The position numbers and the translations under genes are program-made. A stretch of DNA of 64,000 nucleotides, taken from positions 18,123-82,122 of the forward strand of contig DADR01000042.1 in assembly GCA_002495055.1 (NCBI GenBank), read 5' to 3'. The stretch comes from Methanoregula sp. UBA247. Lineage in GTDB: Archaea; Halobacteriota; Methanomicrobia; Methanomicrobiales; Methanospirillaceae. Below are positions 29,791 through 41,407 of this stretch, piece after piece. Below the pieces are notes generated by a model, which worked only from the letters and a program-made list of their open reading frames with translations, was not told where the DNA came from and searched no databases. Within the stretch, counting starts at the first letter, position 1. Every line of letters starts with the position of its first letter.

Positions 29791-29972
29791 GACGTTCACT
29801 CATGGACATACTGTGTTGCCCGGTATGTAAAGGGGATCTCACTCTCAAGGTTGAAAAGGAGGATGAGACGGAAATCCTTGAGGGCGGGTTGCTCTGTTCA
29901 GAGTGCGGCGTAAATTATCCCATTCACGATGGTATTCCCAATCTTCTTCCAATAACATCCCAGAAAAAATGA
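29787..29972 (+). CDS. trm112: Trm112-family methyltransferase activator
   Basis: ILCCPVCKGDL...CSECGVNYPIHDGIPNLL. Confidence 0.92.
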   Translation: MRRSLMDILCCPVCKGDLTLKVEKEDETEILEGGLLCSECGVNYPIHDGIPNLLPITSQKK

Positions 29973-29987
29973 AAAACAGGAGCAGGA

Positions 29988-30560
29988 ATGAATTTTCCAT
30001 TCGCAATTACCATTCTCACTGCTCAGAATCCGGGTTTACATGAAAATTCTTTTGAATTTTATCTTAACCGGTTAGGAATCAATTTAATTGAAATTCCCCG
30101 GGAAAATGTCTGGGCAGAGATTGGTGGTACCCTGCGATTAATTTTTATAAACCGGGGAGCACCCACCCACCTTACAATATCTTCTCCAGATGGCGGAATG
30201 TTTACCGATTTTTTCCACGAGAATATGTATGTTGTTGATGAGACCGTATTGGCCATCCCTTTACGAAAAGACAGCCCTGAAGGTTTTTTTATACTTGAGA
30301 TTATCACGGGATACGGAGGAATGAAAACCTCCCTTCGTGTTGATGTCATACCAGGTGTGAGTATACAGAAACCTGCCACAAAGGAAGAACCCCCACTCCA
30401 ACCAGTTGCCCATGGACGTCCCCATCTCCTTATGATCATGATGGGAATTGCATTAATTCTCTATAGTGCATTCCTCTACACGAAAATTGAATTTCTCAAT
30501 ACCGCTGCATTTATCATACTCATCGTTGGTGCTCTCTACACATGGTACCGTCAGCAATAG
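29988..30560 (+). CDS. Conserved hypothetical protein with two C-terminal TM helices (start uncertain)
   Basis: LNR.GIN.IE and N.G.PTHL patterns, hydrophobic C-terminus; in an operon-like run. Confidence 0.65.
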   Translation: MNFPFAITILTAQNPGLHENSFEFYLNRLGINLIEIPRENVWAEIGGTLRLIFINRGAPTHLTISSPDGGMFTDFFHENMYVVDETVLAIPLRKDSPEGFFILEIITGYGGMKTSLRVDVIPGVSIQKPATKEEPPLQPVAHGRPHLLMIMMGIALILYSAFLYTKIEFLNTAAFIILIVGALYTWYRQQ

Positions 30561-31483
30561 AGACGGGAGTAACGGTATTATTTGCCGCTCTTGTTGTTGA
30601 TCGTCTTATCGGTGACCCGCATTCGCCATGGCATCCTGTTGCCCTTCTCGGCCGATTTATCGGGTGGTGGGGCAAACCACATAAGTACTCCCCGGAAATC
30701 CAGCGTTTTGCAGGTGTGTTTTTCTGGCTGGTCACTGTACTCCTGTTCACACTGCCATTTTATTATTTTACAACAATTGCTCCTTGGTACCTTTATCTGG
30801 TCATTGCGCCACTCCTTCTCAAATGCTGTTTTGCCTGGCGCTCACTCGAAGAACATACGTATGCAGTCGTGACTGCATTGAATGCAGGGGTGGAAGACGG
30901 GAGGGTGCAGGTCAAAATGCTGGTATCACGGGATACCACACATCTTGACCGGGCGCAAATTCTTTCGGCTGGGTATGAATCGATGACCGAAAACCTCACT
31001 GATAGCATCATCTCCCCGCTGTTTTATTTTTCCTTATTCGGGCTTTCCGGTGCGGCCTTCTACCGTGCAGCCAACACGATGGATGCGATGCTCGGATACC
31101 GTGATGAACGGATAAGATTAGGCTGGTGCTCTGCACGCATGGACGACGCACTGAATTTCGTTCCCGCCCGGCTTACGGTAGTGTTGCTGCTGGTATATTT
31201 TGCCTTCATAGGCACGTTTTCAGATGCAGTTCAGGTGTTGCGTCGTGACGGTCGCCAACGTCCTGGTTTTAATGGCGGAATTGTTATGGCAGTAATGGCA
31301 GGGGGAACCGGCATACAATTCGTAAAGTCCGGTGTTTATACAATTGGTGATGAAAAAAGAACACTTGACGACGGAGGTCCTGATGTTATGAAAGCTTGCC
31401 GGGTCGTAACTATCGCTTTTGCAGTGCTAGCCAGTGGTACTCTGATTTTATTGGGATCTTTGATCAATAGTACCGGCATATGA
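30542..31483 (+). CDS. cbiB: Adenosylcobinamide-phosphate synthase
   Basis: [45 protein letters not shown]. Confidence 0.93.
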   Translation: MVPSAIETGVTVLFAALVVDRLIGDPHSPWHPVALLGRFIGWWGKPHKYSPEIQRFAGVFFWLVTVLLFTLPFYYFTTIAPWYLYLVIAPLLLKCCFAWRSLEEHTYAVVTALNAGVEDGRVQVKMLVSRDTTHLDRAQILSAGYESMTENLTDSIISPLFYFSLFGLSGAAFYRAANTMDAMLGYRDERIRLGWCSARMDDALNFVPARLTVVLLLVYFAFIGTFSDAVQVLRRDGRQRPGFNGGIVMAVMAGGTGIQFVKSGVYTIGDEKRTLDDGGPDVMKACRVVTIAFAVLASGTLILLGSLINSTGI

Positions 31484-32376
31484 AACTTGAAGAACTGAGA
31501 TTTGGTACTGAGCTTCTCAAGCGCGGCTTTGCATCCATGCAGAAAGGGGGTGTCATCATGGATGTGGTCAATGCCGACCAGGCTAAGATTGCCGAAGAAG
31601 CTGGTGCCGTCGCAGTCATGTCACTGGAACGGGTGCCTTCTGATATCCGGAAAATGGGGGGCGTTGCCCGAATGGCGGACCCGGAAAAAGTTATTGAGAT
31701 TATTGATGCTGTTTCTATTCCGGTCATGGGCAAGGTGCGTATTGGCCATTTTGTAGAAGCACAGGTCTTGGAAATTCTCGGTGTTGATATGATCGATGAG
31801 AGTGAGGTTCTGACTCCGGCCGATGAGCAATACCATATCGATAAAAAACTTTTCAAGATCCCCTTTGTCTGCGGTGCCCGTGATCTGGGAGAAGCGCTCC
31901 GCAGGATCAACGAGGGTGCTGCGATGATCCGGACCAAGGGTGAAGCAGGAACCGGCAACGTTGTCGAGGCAGTCCGGCATATGCGCAATATCATGGGAGA
32001 AATCCGAATACTCAAAGGCATGGACCACCAGGAGATGATCGATTATGCACGGGAAATCGAAGCCCCCGCAGAACTGGTTATTGAGTGCTCTGAACGCGGA
32101 AGGCTCCCGGTTGTGAACTTCTCAGCCGGAGGTATTGCCACACCATCGGATGCCGCAATGATGATGCAGCTGGGTGCCGATGGTGTTTTTGTTGGATCCG
32201 GGATTTTTAAATCCTCCAGCCCCGAGCGCATGGCAAAGGCAATAGTCGAGGCGGTCAATCATTTCAACGAGGCATCGGTAATCGCCCGGGTGAGCAAGGG
32301 TCTTGGAGATGCAATGCCTGGGCTTGATATCCACACCCTCAGGGACGATGAGGTGCTTCAGACCCGTGGCCGTTAA
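31480..32376 (+). CDS. pdxS: PLP synthase lyase subunit
   Basis: [38 protein letters not shown]. Confidence 0.97.
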   Translation: MKLEELRFGTELLKRGFASMQKGGVIMDVVNADQAKIAEEAGAVAVMSLERVPSDIRKMGGVARMADPEKVIEIIDAVSIPVMGKVRIGHFVEAQVLEILGVDMIDESEVLTPADEQYHIDKKLFKIPFVCGARDLGEALRRINEGAAMIRTKGEAGTGNVVEAVRHMRNIMGEIRILKGMDHQEMIDYAREIEAPAELVIECSERGRLPVVNFSAGGIATPSDAAMMMQLGADGVFVGSGIFKSSSPERMAKAIVEAVNHFNEASVIARVSKGLGDAMPGLDIHTLRDDEVLQTRGR

Positions 32377-32956
32377 GATCGGCGTACTTGCGCTCCAGGG
32401 AAATGTAAGCGAACATATCGATGCTTTCAGGCTGGCGCTTAAAAAAACAGGGCAGGAGGCATCATCCGAAGTTTTTGAAGTCAGGCACCCTGCAGACCTT
32501 GCAGGATGCAATGCCCTTGCGATTCCCGGAGGGGAATCGACAACTATCTCCCGCCTCATTGACAAGAACCACATGTACGAGCCGATACGCTCGTTTCCCG
32601 GCGGTATTTTTGCTACCTGTGCCGGCATGGTGCTTATGGCGACCCAGGTTGATGATACACGTATCCATTCGCTGGGCCTTATCGAAATGAAGGTGGATCG
32701 GAACGCTTTCGGGCGGCAGAGGGAATCGTTTGAAGCAGACCTCCCGATCAAAGAGCTTAAAGGAGACCCGTTCCATGCGATTTTTATCCGTGCACCGGTT
32801 GCGACAATCATAGGTACTGGGGTTACCGTGCTCTACCGGATGGATCAGGGAATAGTTGCAGTTGAGTACGGGAAGTACATGGCGCTCTCGTTCCACCCGG
32901 AACTTTCGTGTGATACCCGGCTTCATGAGCGGTTTTTAAAGAATCTTGGCATTTGA
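32366..32956 (+). CDS. pdxT: PLP synthase glutaminase subunit
   Basis: [32 protein letters not shown]; GTG start. Confidence 0.95.
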   Translation: MAVKIGVLALQGNVSEHIDAFRLALKKTGQEASSEVFEVRHPADLAGCNALAIPGGESTTISRLIDKNHMYEPIRSFPGGIFATCAGMVLMATQVDDTRIHSLGLIEMKVDRNAFGRQRESFEADLPIKELKGDPFHAIFIRAPVATIIGTGVTVLYRMDQGIVAVEYGKYMALSFHPELSCDTRLHERFLKNLGI

Positions 32957-33131
32957 TTCCTGTCAGATAAAAAGGAAATGCTTCATTCTGTCTCGGGTGG
33001 TCATCATGAATAGTGCAGGTCTCCCTTGGTAAAATGCAGGATAAAATACTGAATTGATGAGTAAAATATGTTTAATATCTCAGTCGTCACTAAGTCCCTG
33101 GGGGGAACTGAGGGAGAGTACAGGTAATCTG

Positions 33132-34826
33132 ATGACTTCATCGCAGTTCGTTGAAAGCATCCTGTCGGCACGCTATCTACACGGGGAAGAAAAAACCTTC
33201 GAGGATATCTGCCGGCGCGTTGCGTGGGCTGTTGCAGGTGACGATAAAGAAGCGACCGGTTTTTACAATATCATGATCTCCTTGCGGTTCTTACCTAACT
33301 CCCCCACCCTCATGAATGCCGGAACAGATATAGGGCAGCTCTCTGCTTGTTTCGTTCTGCCGGTCCCGGATTCTATCAACGGGATCTTCGATGCAATGAA
33401 AAACGGTGCTATCATTCATAAGACCGGAGGGGGAACCGGGTATAATTTCTCGAACATTAGACCGAAAGGTTCCCGTGTGCAATCTACGGATGGTGTTGCT
33501 TCAGGTCCGGTATCATTTATGGGAATCTTCAATGCAGCTACCGAAGTCATCAGGCAGGGTGGTCGCCGCCGTGGAGCCAACATGGGGATACTGAACGTCT
33601 GGCATCCTGATATCCTGTCATTTCTGTCAGCAAAAGCACGGGAGGGGGATATTGCCAACTTTAACCTCTCCGTTATGGTCAATGAAAAATTCATGGATCT
33701 CGTTTCCCGGAAGATGTTTGATACTGTCTGGATCACCCATCCCTCTTCCGGTGAATCGTTGACGGTTGGGCAGATTTGGTCAGGAATAGTGGACGGAATC
33801 TGGAAAAACGGTGAGCCCGGCTTGCTTTTTTATGAGGAGATCAACCGGTCCAATCCCCTGCCTGACCTTGGTACCATCGACACGACCAATCCCTGCGGTG
33901 AACAACCGTTGCTCCCGTATGAGAGTTGTGTTCTTGGTAGTATCAATCTGGCTTCATTTGTGCAAAACGGGATACTTGATGAGCACGAACTGGACGATAC
34001 TGTGCGAACAGCCGTTCGGTTCCTTGACAAAGTCATAGACAAAAATGTCTATCCAATTCCGGCAATTGAAGAAGCAACGAAAAAAACCCGGAAGATTGGT
34101 CTGGGACTTATGGGCGTTCATGATGCCCTTCTTATGATTGGGGTGCCATACGATTCTGTAAAAGGAAGAACCTGGTGCGAACACGTTATGCAGAAGGTAA
34201 CAGCTACTGCTGTGGATGAATCGCGACGAATGGCGGAAAAATACGGGGCATTCCCGGCATGGAAAGGGAGTACCTGGAAAGCGTTCCCGATGAGGAATGC
34301 GGCGCTGACCTCTCTAGCGCCGACCGGAACATTATCCCTGCTTGCCGGGTGCTCAAGCGGTATCGAACCGGTTTTTTCGTTTGCCTACTCCCGCAGGAAC
34401 ACTACTGGCAAGTCGTTTATCATTGTTAATCCGGTGTTCCGTAAAAATCTAAAAAAAACTCTCGCAACGATGAAGCTGACACAAGAAGAGCGGACGAAAC
34501 GGGAAAATGACGTTATTTCTCACGTCCACAAGACCGGAACCATCCAGGACCTGCATTGGCTCCCGGATGAATTCCTGGCCCTCTTTAAGACCGCTCTGGA
34601 TATCCACTGGAAGGACCATATACTGATGCAGGCAGCATTTCAGAAGTTTGTCCATGCCTCCATCAGTAAAACTATTAACCTGCCGAACAGCGCAACAAAG
34701 GAGGATTGTGCAGATGCGCTCCTCATGGCATGGAAGTTCAGGCTGAAAGGGATCACGATATACCGGACCGGCAGCAGGAAAAATGCAGTTCTTTTCCTGA
34801 AAGATACCACATCGGACCCACGATAA
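33132..34826 (+). CDS. nrdJ: Adenosylcobalamin-dependent (class II) ribonucleotide reductase, short form
   Basis: [55 protein letters not shown]. Confidence 0.92.
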   Translation: MTSSQFVESILSARYLHGEEKTFEDICRRVAWAVAGDDKEATGFYNIMISLRFLPNSPTLMNAGTDIGQLSACFVLPVPDSINGIFDAMKNGAIIHKTGGGTGYNFSNIRPKGSRVQSTDGVASGPVSFMGIFNAATEVIRQGGRRRGANMGILNVWHPDILSFLSAKAREGDIANFNLSVMVNEKFMDLVSRKMFDTVWITHPSSGESLTVGQIWSGIVDGIWKNGEPGLLFYEEINRSNPLPDLGTIDTTNPCGEQPLLPYESCVLGSINLASFVQNGILDEHELDDTVRTAVRFLDKVIDKNVYPIPAIEEATKKTRKIGLGLMGVHDALLMIGVPYDSVKGRTWCEHVMQKVTATAVDESRRMAEKYGAFPAWKGSTWKAFPMRNAALTSLAPTGTLSLLAGCSSGIEPVFSFAYSRRNTTGKSFIIVNPVFRKNLKKTLATMKLTQEERTKRENDVISHVHKTGTIQDLHWLPDEFLALFKTALDIHWKDHILMQAAFQKFVHASISKTINLPNSATKEDCADALLMAWKFRLKGITIYRTGSRKNAVLFLKDTTSDPR

Positions 34827-35009
34827 GAAAAGCCTGTAAAATATGAGTACCTGGCACCAGGCATACAGAATGTGCATTCCAGGAAAAATCCTGATAAGAC
34901 GGATCGATTAAAGCGTCTGCAGTCCCCTTGCCCTGCACACCTGCCGCGATATTATTTATTCACAATCCTGCAATACTAGTGAAAATGAATATCATGACGG
35001 GGAGTCATC

Positions 35010-36623
35010 ATGGATAAAGTTTTGATTATCGGTCACCGGCAACCGGATACAGACTGCATTGCGAGCGTGATCGGATACGCGGCGTTTAAAAACCACTCGG
35101 AGCCGGACAAGTACCTTGCTGCCCGCTGCGGGGAACTAAACGCAGAGACATGTTTTGCACTCGAGACCTTCAGTATAAAACCACCGGTCCTTATCGATAG
35201 CGTGGAACCGCGCGTTTCTGACCTCAAGATTGCGCGGATCAGCGTGACACAGGAGATCCCTACCATTAATGTTGCCGCGCTCATGGACAAGCACGACATC
35301 CGGAACGTGCCGGTGACCGATGACCATGGAAAACTTATCGGGGTGGTGGGTGAACACGGGCTTGCCCGTGCGTATGTCCACCAGCAGAAGATCGGCGAGC
35401 TTGCCCTCACACCGCTCCCTCTCGACACCCTCGCCCGGGTCCTCTCTGCCCGCGTGGTAGTGAGGGCAACGGAAATACTCGGGGGCAGGGTCATTATTGC
35501 TTTTGATGAACCCGGTATTAGCAGCACGAAGCTGACGGAAAAAGACATCGCGGTTGTTGGCGATAACGAACCGATGCAGCTCGTACTTATTGCATCCGGC
35601 ATTGCTGCGCTCATCATAGCAGACAAAGCACCCGTGGGAGATCAGGTAATCCGGGAGGCACAGGATCGGGGGGTCTCGCTCCTCGCCACAAACCTTGATG
35701 CATTCGGAGTCGGGACGATGATCAACCTCTCGCTCCCGGCCCGAATGATGATGGAGACGGATATCCCCAGGCTTTCACTATCCGATACTATCGTGCAGGC
35801 AAAACTGACCGTGTACAATTCCAAGTTCCGTTCTGCCTGCATTGTTGAGAAGGACGGTACCCTCCGCGGCATCGTAACAAGGACAACACTCCTTGCCGAT
35901 GTGCACAAACCGATCATTCTCCTTGACCACAACGAGTTTACCCAGGCAGTAGAGGGGATCGATGATGCAGAGATCCTCGAAATTATCGACCATCACCGGC
36001 TCGGTGCCATCTCAACATTAAAGCCGGTGAAATTTTTAAATGATCCTGTCGGCTCCACTTCAACGATCATCACGGAAAAATACCGGGAAGCGGGCATCAC
36101 GCCGCCACCTGCAATCGCAGGTATCCTCCTTGCCGGCATCCTGTCAGATACGCTCGTTCTGAGAATGTCCACAACAACTTCAGAAGACCGCGATGCGGTC
36201 ACATACCTCGCACCCATTGCCGGAGTCGACCCGGTCACGTTCGGAACGAGGATGCTGGAGAAGGGAATGAACCTTGAAGGCACTACAATAGAGGAGCTGC
36301 TCATGCGGGACACGAAACAGTATGATCTCTTTAAAAAGAGGGTCATCATTGCACAGGTGATGGTCCCTACATTCGAGTTCCCGCGTGTGAACGCCGATGA
36401 GATTCACCGCGAACTTACCAGGCTCCGTATGCAGAAGGGAGTGGACTTTTATCTTGGGATGTTCACGAGTACTGTTGAAAATGGGAGTGAACTCTTCGTC
36501 TCCGCAGAGAGTTCACTACTCACAAAACTGGAGCTCCGTGCCCAGCCTATCCGGCTTGGGAACATGATGTCGCGTAAAAAGGACATCCTTCCCTGGTTTG
36601 GAGAAAAGCTCCGTCAAAGCTGA
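35010..36623 (+). CDS. ppaC: Family II Mn-dependent inorganic pyrophosphatase with CBS/DRTGG insert
   Basis: GHRQPDTD, LDHNE, IIDHH, GSTSTI, ILSDT; CBS pair flanking a DRTGG-like domain. Confidence 0.92.
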   Translation: MDKVLIIGHRQPDTDCIASVIGYAAFKNHSEPDKYLAARCGELNAETCFALETFSIKPPVLIDSVEPRVSDLKIARISVTQEIPTINVAALMDKHDIRNVPVTDDHGKLIGVVGEHGLARAYVHQQKIGELALTPLPLDTLARVLSARVVVRATEILGGRVIIAFDEPGISSTKLTEKDIAVVGDNEPMQLVLIASGIAALIIADKAPVGDQVIREAQDRGVSLLATNLDAFGVGTMINLSLPARMMMETDIPRLSLSDTIVQAKLTVYNSKFRSACIVEKDGTLRGIVTRTTLLADVHKPIILLDHNEFTQAVEGIDDAEILEIIDHHRLGAISTLKPVKFLNDPVGSTSTIITEKYREAGITPPPAIAGILLAGILSDTLVLRMSTTTSEDRDAVTYLAPIAGVDPVTFGTRMLEKGMNLEGTTIEELLMRDTKQYDLFKKRVIIAQVMVPTFEFPRVNADEIHRELTRLRMQKGVDFYLGMFTSTVENGSELFVSAESSLLTKLELRAQPIRLGNMMSRKKDILPWFGEKLRQS

Positions 36624-36785
36624 CGGCGGTTCCGGTTTTCATCAATGGCTATAAAAAAATATGCGCTCCAAGTATGACTGAAAAATCCAACCTGCCCTGT
36701 TTTTTCGAGATTTCGGACATATGTTCCAACCTCATCACGATGGTTTGATACTAATAAACTAGTTCCCTTCAGATAATACACCGAA

Positions 36786-37502
36786 TTATATCTTCACTCG
36801 TTGCATTGCCGCAACTTTCAGTTCCCCTGGCATCAGCTCAATAGCATATCTCAACGCTGTTCTTGGCATCACCTTTTTGTTTTTTATCACGTAATCGAAC
36901 ACATCTTTCTGGTGCTTCCGGCTCGCTTCCTTGAGGAGCCAACCGTATCCTTTCTGCACCATGTCATCACTGTCAGTTAGCAGCAGGTCTGCAATTTCCA
37001 TTGACTCTTTTAAGAATTTCCCGTGTTTTGCCGGAACGATCAAAGACACTGCAGCCGCCCTCCGCATCCAGCGGTTCTGCGACTGCGTCCACGATCTCAG
37101 CTCATCGACACAATCCGGGAATCTTTCCATGAAGTCCCCTACAGCATGGTTGCAGAAACCGTCGCATGCTGCCCAGTTGGTGATATAAGTATCGATCCAG
37201 TGACGGAATACCACCAGATCATCCCGTTCATATCTTCCTGAGATGGCTTGCGCCCAGTTTGAGACAATGAACGATTCCTCCATGTAACCAGAATGGTACA
37301 GCTCCTCGCAGAGGGCGAAGATCTCCGGTTTTTCCCGGTCTTTTACCACTTTCCAGTATTTCTTTGCAATCGCGATTACCGTTGCCGTTTTTATGCCATA
37401 GCACGTGATCTTCTCTTTGAAAAACCTTAATGAGGTCTTCTGGATCTCCGGATCTGCGTGAATTTTTAGTTCCAGCCTTATTTGTGAAATTACCGGATCC
37501 AT
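36786..37502 (-). CDS. DNA alkylation repair protein (AlkD-like)
   Basis: ITNWAACD, NRWMRRAA, DDMVQKGYGWLLKE, MPRTALRYAIE. Confidence 0.92.
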   Translation of the reverse strand: MDPVISQIRLELKIHADPEIQKTSLRFFKEKITCYGIKTATVIAIAKKYWKVVKDREKPEIFALCEELYHSGYMEESFIVSNWAQAISGRYERDDLVVFRHWIDTYITNWAACDGFCNHAVGDFMERFPDCVDELRSWTQSQNRWMRRAAAVSLIVPAKHGKFLKESMEIADLLLTDSDDMVQKGYGWLLKEASRKHQKDVFDYVIKNKKVMPRTALRYAIELMPGELKVAAMQRVKI

Positions 37503-37603
37503 GCAGAGTGATATGCAGGTGTGGGTGATAAGCGATACGAATTGAAAACCCGTTGGATCCCGGAAAAAATTCGTCTCGGGGAGTGCTCTTTCACACTCCC
37601 GAC

Positions 37604-38096
37604 TTATCTGGCAAAAATCCGTGCCCAGGCAGCAAGAGCGTCCCAGTCGCGGAAGTCACCAGTTGGGACTTTCAGGAGTGATTTCAGGCTTCGCTCAACA
37701 AAGTTCATCATGCCAGCATCAAGTTTCCCTGCAAACATCATCACCGCAATCAGACGTATGGGACAAAATACCTGACCAACTGGTCAATGAACTCTTTTAC
37801 ATACCCGGTTTTTAAATACACTGGAGCGATACCTGTAACAAATCCAGATATTGGTAAACGGGAAAGTTGTCTTTACTGGCTGCAACACATGCGGCCACAC
37901 ATCACCTGTTATTTTTCCTGTGTACAACGGGCTCTCCTAATACAACCACATAATATCCAGCGAATGATGCGACCGATTTCATTTGGCTGACATCGACAGC
38001 GAATCCTTTTAAGATTAGTTCCCTGCCGATTGTCTGAGCTATTTCAGCAGTCGATCCTTTCCGCGAAGCGTACGCAACAAGAATCCGAACTGGCAT
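37604..38096 (-). pseudogene. Flavodoxin-domain (HemG-like) pseudogene
   Basis: ILVAYASRKGSTAEIA start; YTGKITGDV, GFVTGIAPVY and MFAGKLD...PTGDFRDWDALAAWA continue in different frames. Confidence 0.85.
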
Positions 38097-38235
38097 GATG
38101 ATCAGCGGAACTTTAGGATTAAGCCAGTGATAAAACGTACTCGTTCGTATGCCGGGAATCCCAACGGTCTTCGAAATGAAAAAAATCGTGAGTAAAAAAT
38201 GAACCGGGGATAGGGCTCTCTTAATCGTCAGACGT

Positions 38236-39084
38236 TTATTTTGCCGATGTGTCGACTGGTATCTGGAGCTCGGTGAGGAGGTCCTCCTCACTGACCTCCT
38301 GGGGATCATTGAGATACACCTCGCGGTGGAGCCCGTTTGAGATATACTCTCGTTCCTCCGCAAAAGCACCGATCCGGCTCCACGCCTCGTGAAGCTTGGA
38401 ATACGAGCCCTTGTGGATAAGCGAGAGAACGTTCCCGCCCGGTAGGTTTCTCACTTCCATGGCGGGATCAGACAGGGCGATCCGGCCGGCTATAGGCACA
38501 ACGCACTCCAGAGTTGCGTCCTTCTCCCGGTACTCGCAGTCATAGTACAGGGTCATGAAGGGGCCGGTTATCTTCAGGCTGTTTTTCTGGTTCTCCTCCG
38601 AGAAGAGCTGGCCGCAGAGATCTGGCATGAGCCTTGAAATCGTCTCGCTGTATGGGCCGGTCCCTTTCTTCCCGACAATCCGCTGGGAGGGGACATTCTT
38701 GATGAGAGGTTCATTGAGTGACATGTAGATAGACTCCAGCGAGGCCGCCTCGTTTGCGAGGATCGCCTCGATTTGCTGTAACCTCTGGACTTCAGACCGT
38801 ATCTCCCACTTGCGCTTGCCGAACAGCTCCGTTATCGTTGCGGCGTCCTGTTCGGCTTTTGCCGCAAGGAGCACATCAATCTCGCACAGGGTAAACCCGA
38901 GACCGCAGAGCGTTTTGATAGAAACCCCCCGCGGGATCTGGGCTCCCGTGTAGTACCGGTACCCGGTGCAGAGGTCTTTTACCTCCGGCACCAGCAGGCC
39001 GCGGTCATCATAGAGCCGGAGCGCTTTTGGGCTCAGCCTTGTTATGAGCGAGAACTTTCCAATAGGGATACGATCGAATGCCAT
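38236..39084 (-). CDS. MerR-family regulator with GyrI-like effector domain (BmrR-like)
   Basis: IGKFS...ALRLYDDRGLL.P...TGYRYY; HKGSY, REVYL, TELQIPV. Confidence 0.92.
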   Translation of the reverse strand: MAFDRIPIGKFSLITRLSPKALRLYDDRGLLVPEVKDLCTGYRYYTGAQIPRGVSIKTLCGLGFTLCEIDVLLAAKAEQDAATITELFGKRKWEIRSEVQRLQQIEAILANEAASLESIYMSLNEPLIKNVPSQRIVGKKGTGPYSETISRLMPDLCGQLFSEENQKNSLKITGPFMTLYYDCEYREKDATLECVVPIAGRIALSDPAMEVRNLPGGNVLSLIHKGSYSKLHEAWSRIGAFAEEREYISNGLHREVYLNDPQEVSEEDLLTELQIPVDTSAK

Positions 39085-39226
39085 TGTTACCGTACTGTGT
39101 GCTTTTAGAAACCATATAGGGTGTCGCAGTCTGCCGCGGGTGAAGGTTTACAAACGCAGGATCAAGCCCGGGCACCGCCCTCCTGAAATACGCACGTTTT
39201 TCACCCTTGAGGACGACACAAACGTA

Positions 39227-39941
39227 ATGAAGGTCCCGCCACTTTTTTCGAGTATAATCGCGGGCGACCTCATCCATAATCCCCCCGTTATCTCGCTCAT
39301 CATTGCCAACATCATCACTATCGTGCTCGCCATCACCGAAAACTGGGATCTTGCCACGGTGATGTTCATCTACTGGGCACAAAGTGTTATTATCGGCATC
39401 TTCACCGTTGTCTCGCTCCTTGGTGCCGATACGGCAATACTTGCTGCAGAAATGGAAAAACCTGTCCGGGAGCGTGGCGGGATGGAAACTGTCACCCCTC
39501 GGTTTGTCTGGCTCTATTAAGTGCCTGATTGCCGGGTTCTTTGCCCTCCACTACGGTCTTTTCCACTGGGGGTATTACTCTTTCATCGTGGAGTCCGGGC
39601 TTTTTGGGGCTGTGAACTTTTCCGATCCTGGAATCTGGCTCTCTTGTGGTCTTTTCTTTGCCAACCCTCTCTACTCCCATATCACGTTCCGGCACAAAAA
39701 ACCGAAAGGATCAGGGTATGTCAACGACCAGTTCTTTACGCCATACCGGCGGATCATCCCGATGCACCTCACTGTTCTCTTTGGCAGTATCGTGATATTT
39801 GTCCTGGAGGTTATCGGGATCACCTCGACCATACCGGTGCTGGTGCTCTTCCTTCTCCTTAAAATGTATTCTGATATCAAGGCTCACATCATTAAGCATT
39901 ATCAGGAAGAGAACCCTTATGCTCCCGTCCAGTACCTCTGA
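39227..39941 (+). pseudogene. DUF6498-like membrane protein, frameshifted
   Basis: WDLATVMFIYWAQSVIIG in one frame, FFALHYGLFH...PYRRIIPMH in another; one extra T at 39517-39518 (TAT TAA G instead of TAT AAG). Confidence 0.8.
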
Positions 39942-40018
39942 GTGGGGATCCTGCGGATTAAAGGCAATAAAACTTAAGGAAACAGGCACGATCCTTTAAC
40001 TGGAACGAGGCGATATCC

Positions 40019-40201
40019 ATGGCAACCGATCCTGTCTGTCTTATGATTGTTGATGAAGATGATGCGAAATTTACCAGCACCTTTAAATACAAGAAATATT
40101 TTTTTTGCTGCAACTGGTGTAAAAAGCAGTTCGAGGAAAATCCGAAACGGTATTCCCGGTTGGGAATAGATGCCAGGGCTGACCTGGAAAAAACGTCCTG
40201 A
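40019..40201 (+). CDS. YHS/TRASH domain protein
   Basis: TDPVCLM.V...Y.FCC..CKKQFEENP.RY. Confidence 0.88.
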   Translation: MATDPVCLMIVDEDDAKFTSTFKYKKYFFCCNWCKKQFEENPKRYSRLGIDARADLEKTS

Positions 40202-40361
40202 ATGAACCGGCCGGGTGACACCGTTTCAGGTATGATGAACGGTCACCAGATCCTGGCAGGATATACAATCAGGGACTATCCCGGGCGGAAATCGTTTTAA
40301 AGGTACACGGGCAGATACAGATGCAATCATCCACAATACCTGAATGATCGGAATATTATCA

Positions 40362-41162
40362 ATGAAACCTGAAGATGATCCCTGGCTTAAGAACGCACAT
40401 ACCAATGCAGAACTCCTGGACAGGGAGATCAAAAACCTGGTGTCATTAACCAGCCCGATCCGGGAAAACCGTCCCGTTATTACCAAATATCAGGATTTCT
40501 GGAACAAAGTAAAATACATCACTGCTCTGTTTAAAGAACTTAAACCTCTTGCCAGGAGCGACCGGGACCTGCTCTGGAAACAGTTCAATACCCTTTGCCG
40601 GGAGATAAAAGAGAACCAGAAGGCCGAGTACGGGACACTTGAATCCCTGTCGCAGGGACATTTGAATGAAATTATGCAGCTCGCAGAACAGGCACAGCTC
40701 CCTTTTAGAGCACCCCCTCCGAATATCCAGGAACTGGTAGAACGTGGGCAGGTGCTCAACAATGCCGGTGATACGCTGGGAAAATTCAAGCACGAGATGA
40801 TTGCAAAACATAAGAAAGTCTGTTTTGACAAAATCCAGGAGATCCGCAAAATCCACGATGCAGCATGGGGATCGGTAAACGTGGTAAAGCCGAAGCAGCA
40901 GACAGGAAGAAAATTCCGTGCCCGGAAGAATCTTGAGGCCAATTATGAGCGATTTAAAAAAGCTGCTAGTGCCTTAGAAAATTTCCAGATCGGCAGGGAC
41001 CACATACGCACATTTCTTGCTTCGTGTAAGAACCCTGAGAAGATTGCACGGGCAAATTCCCAGCTGGTGGAAACTGAAGCCCGGATTAAGGATATTGAGG
41101 AAGGTATCAGGAAACTGGAGAAATGGATTGCAGAAGACGAGCGAATACTGAAAGGGAAGTAA
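40362..41162 (+). CDS. Helical/coiled-coil hypothetical protein (DUF349-like repeats possible)
   Basis: Long ORF rich in K/E/R; LARSDRDLLWKQFNTLC segment; coiled-coil-like C-terminus. Confidence 0.6.
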   Translation: MKPEDDPWLKNAHTNAELLDREIKNLVSLTSPIRENRPVITKYQDFWNKVKYITALFKELKPLARSDRDLLWKQFNTLCREIKENQKAEYGTLESLSQGHLNEIMQLAEQAQLPFRAPPPNIQELVERGQVLNNAGDTLGKFKHEMIAKHKKVCFDKIQEIRKIHDAAWGSVNVVKPKQQTGRKFRARKNLEANYERFKKAASALENFQIGRDHIRTFLASCKNPEKIARANSQLVETEARIKDIEEGIRKLEKWIAEDERILKGK

Positions 41163-41407
41163 CTTGAACGGGATACCCATTGTGTCACTGAAAATCACTT
41201 TCTGCGGATTTCACTTCCTTTGCCGCCACGGGCACCCGGCTCGATGTTTTTTTGCATTGTCGATGGTATCTCCATCCTTTTAGTAACCAGGCGCTGATAG
41301 TTTATCGATGAAAATGTGGTGAAGCAATAGCGTTCTCACCCAGGCAATTGTGACTGTCTTTTGTCAGATTTATCTAATCTAAAAAAAAAGAAAAAATATA
41401 AATTTTT

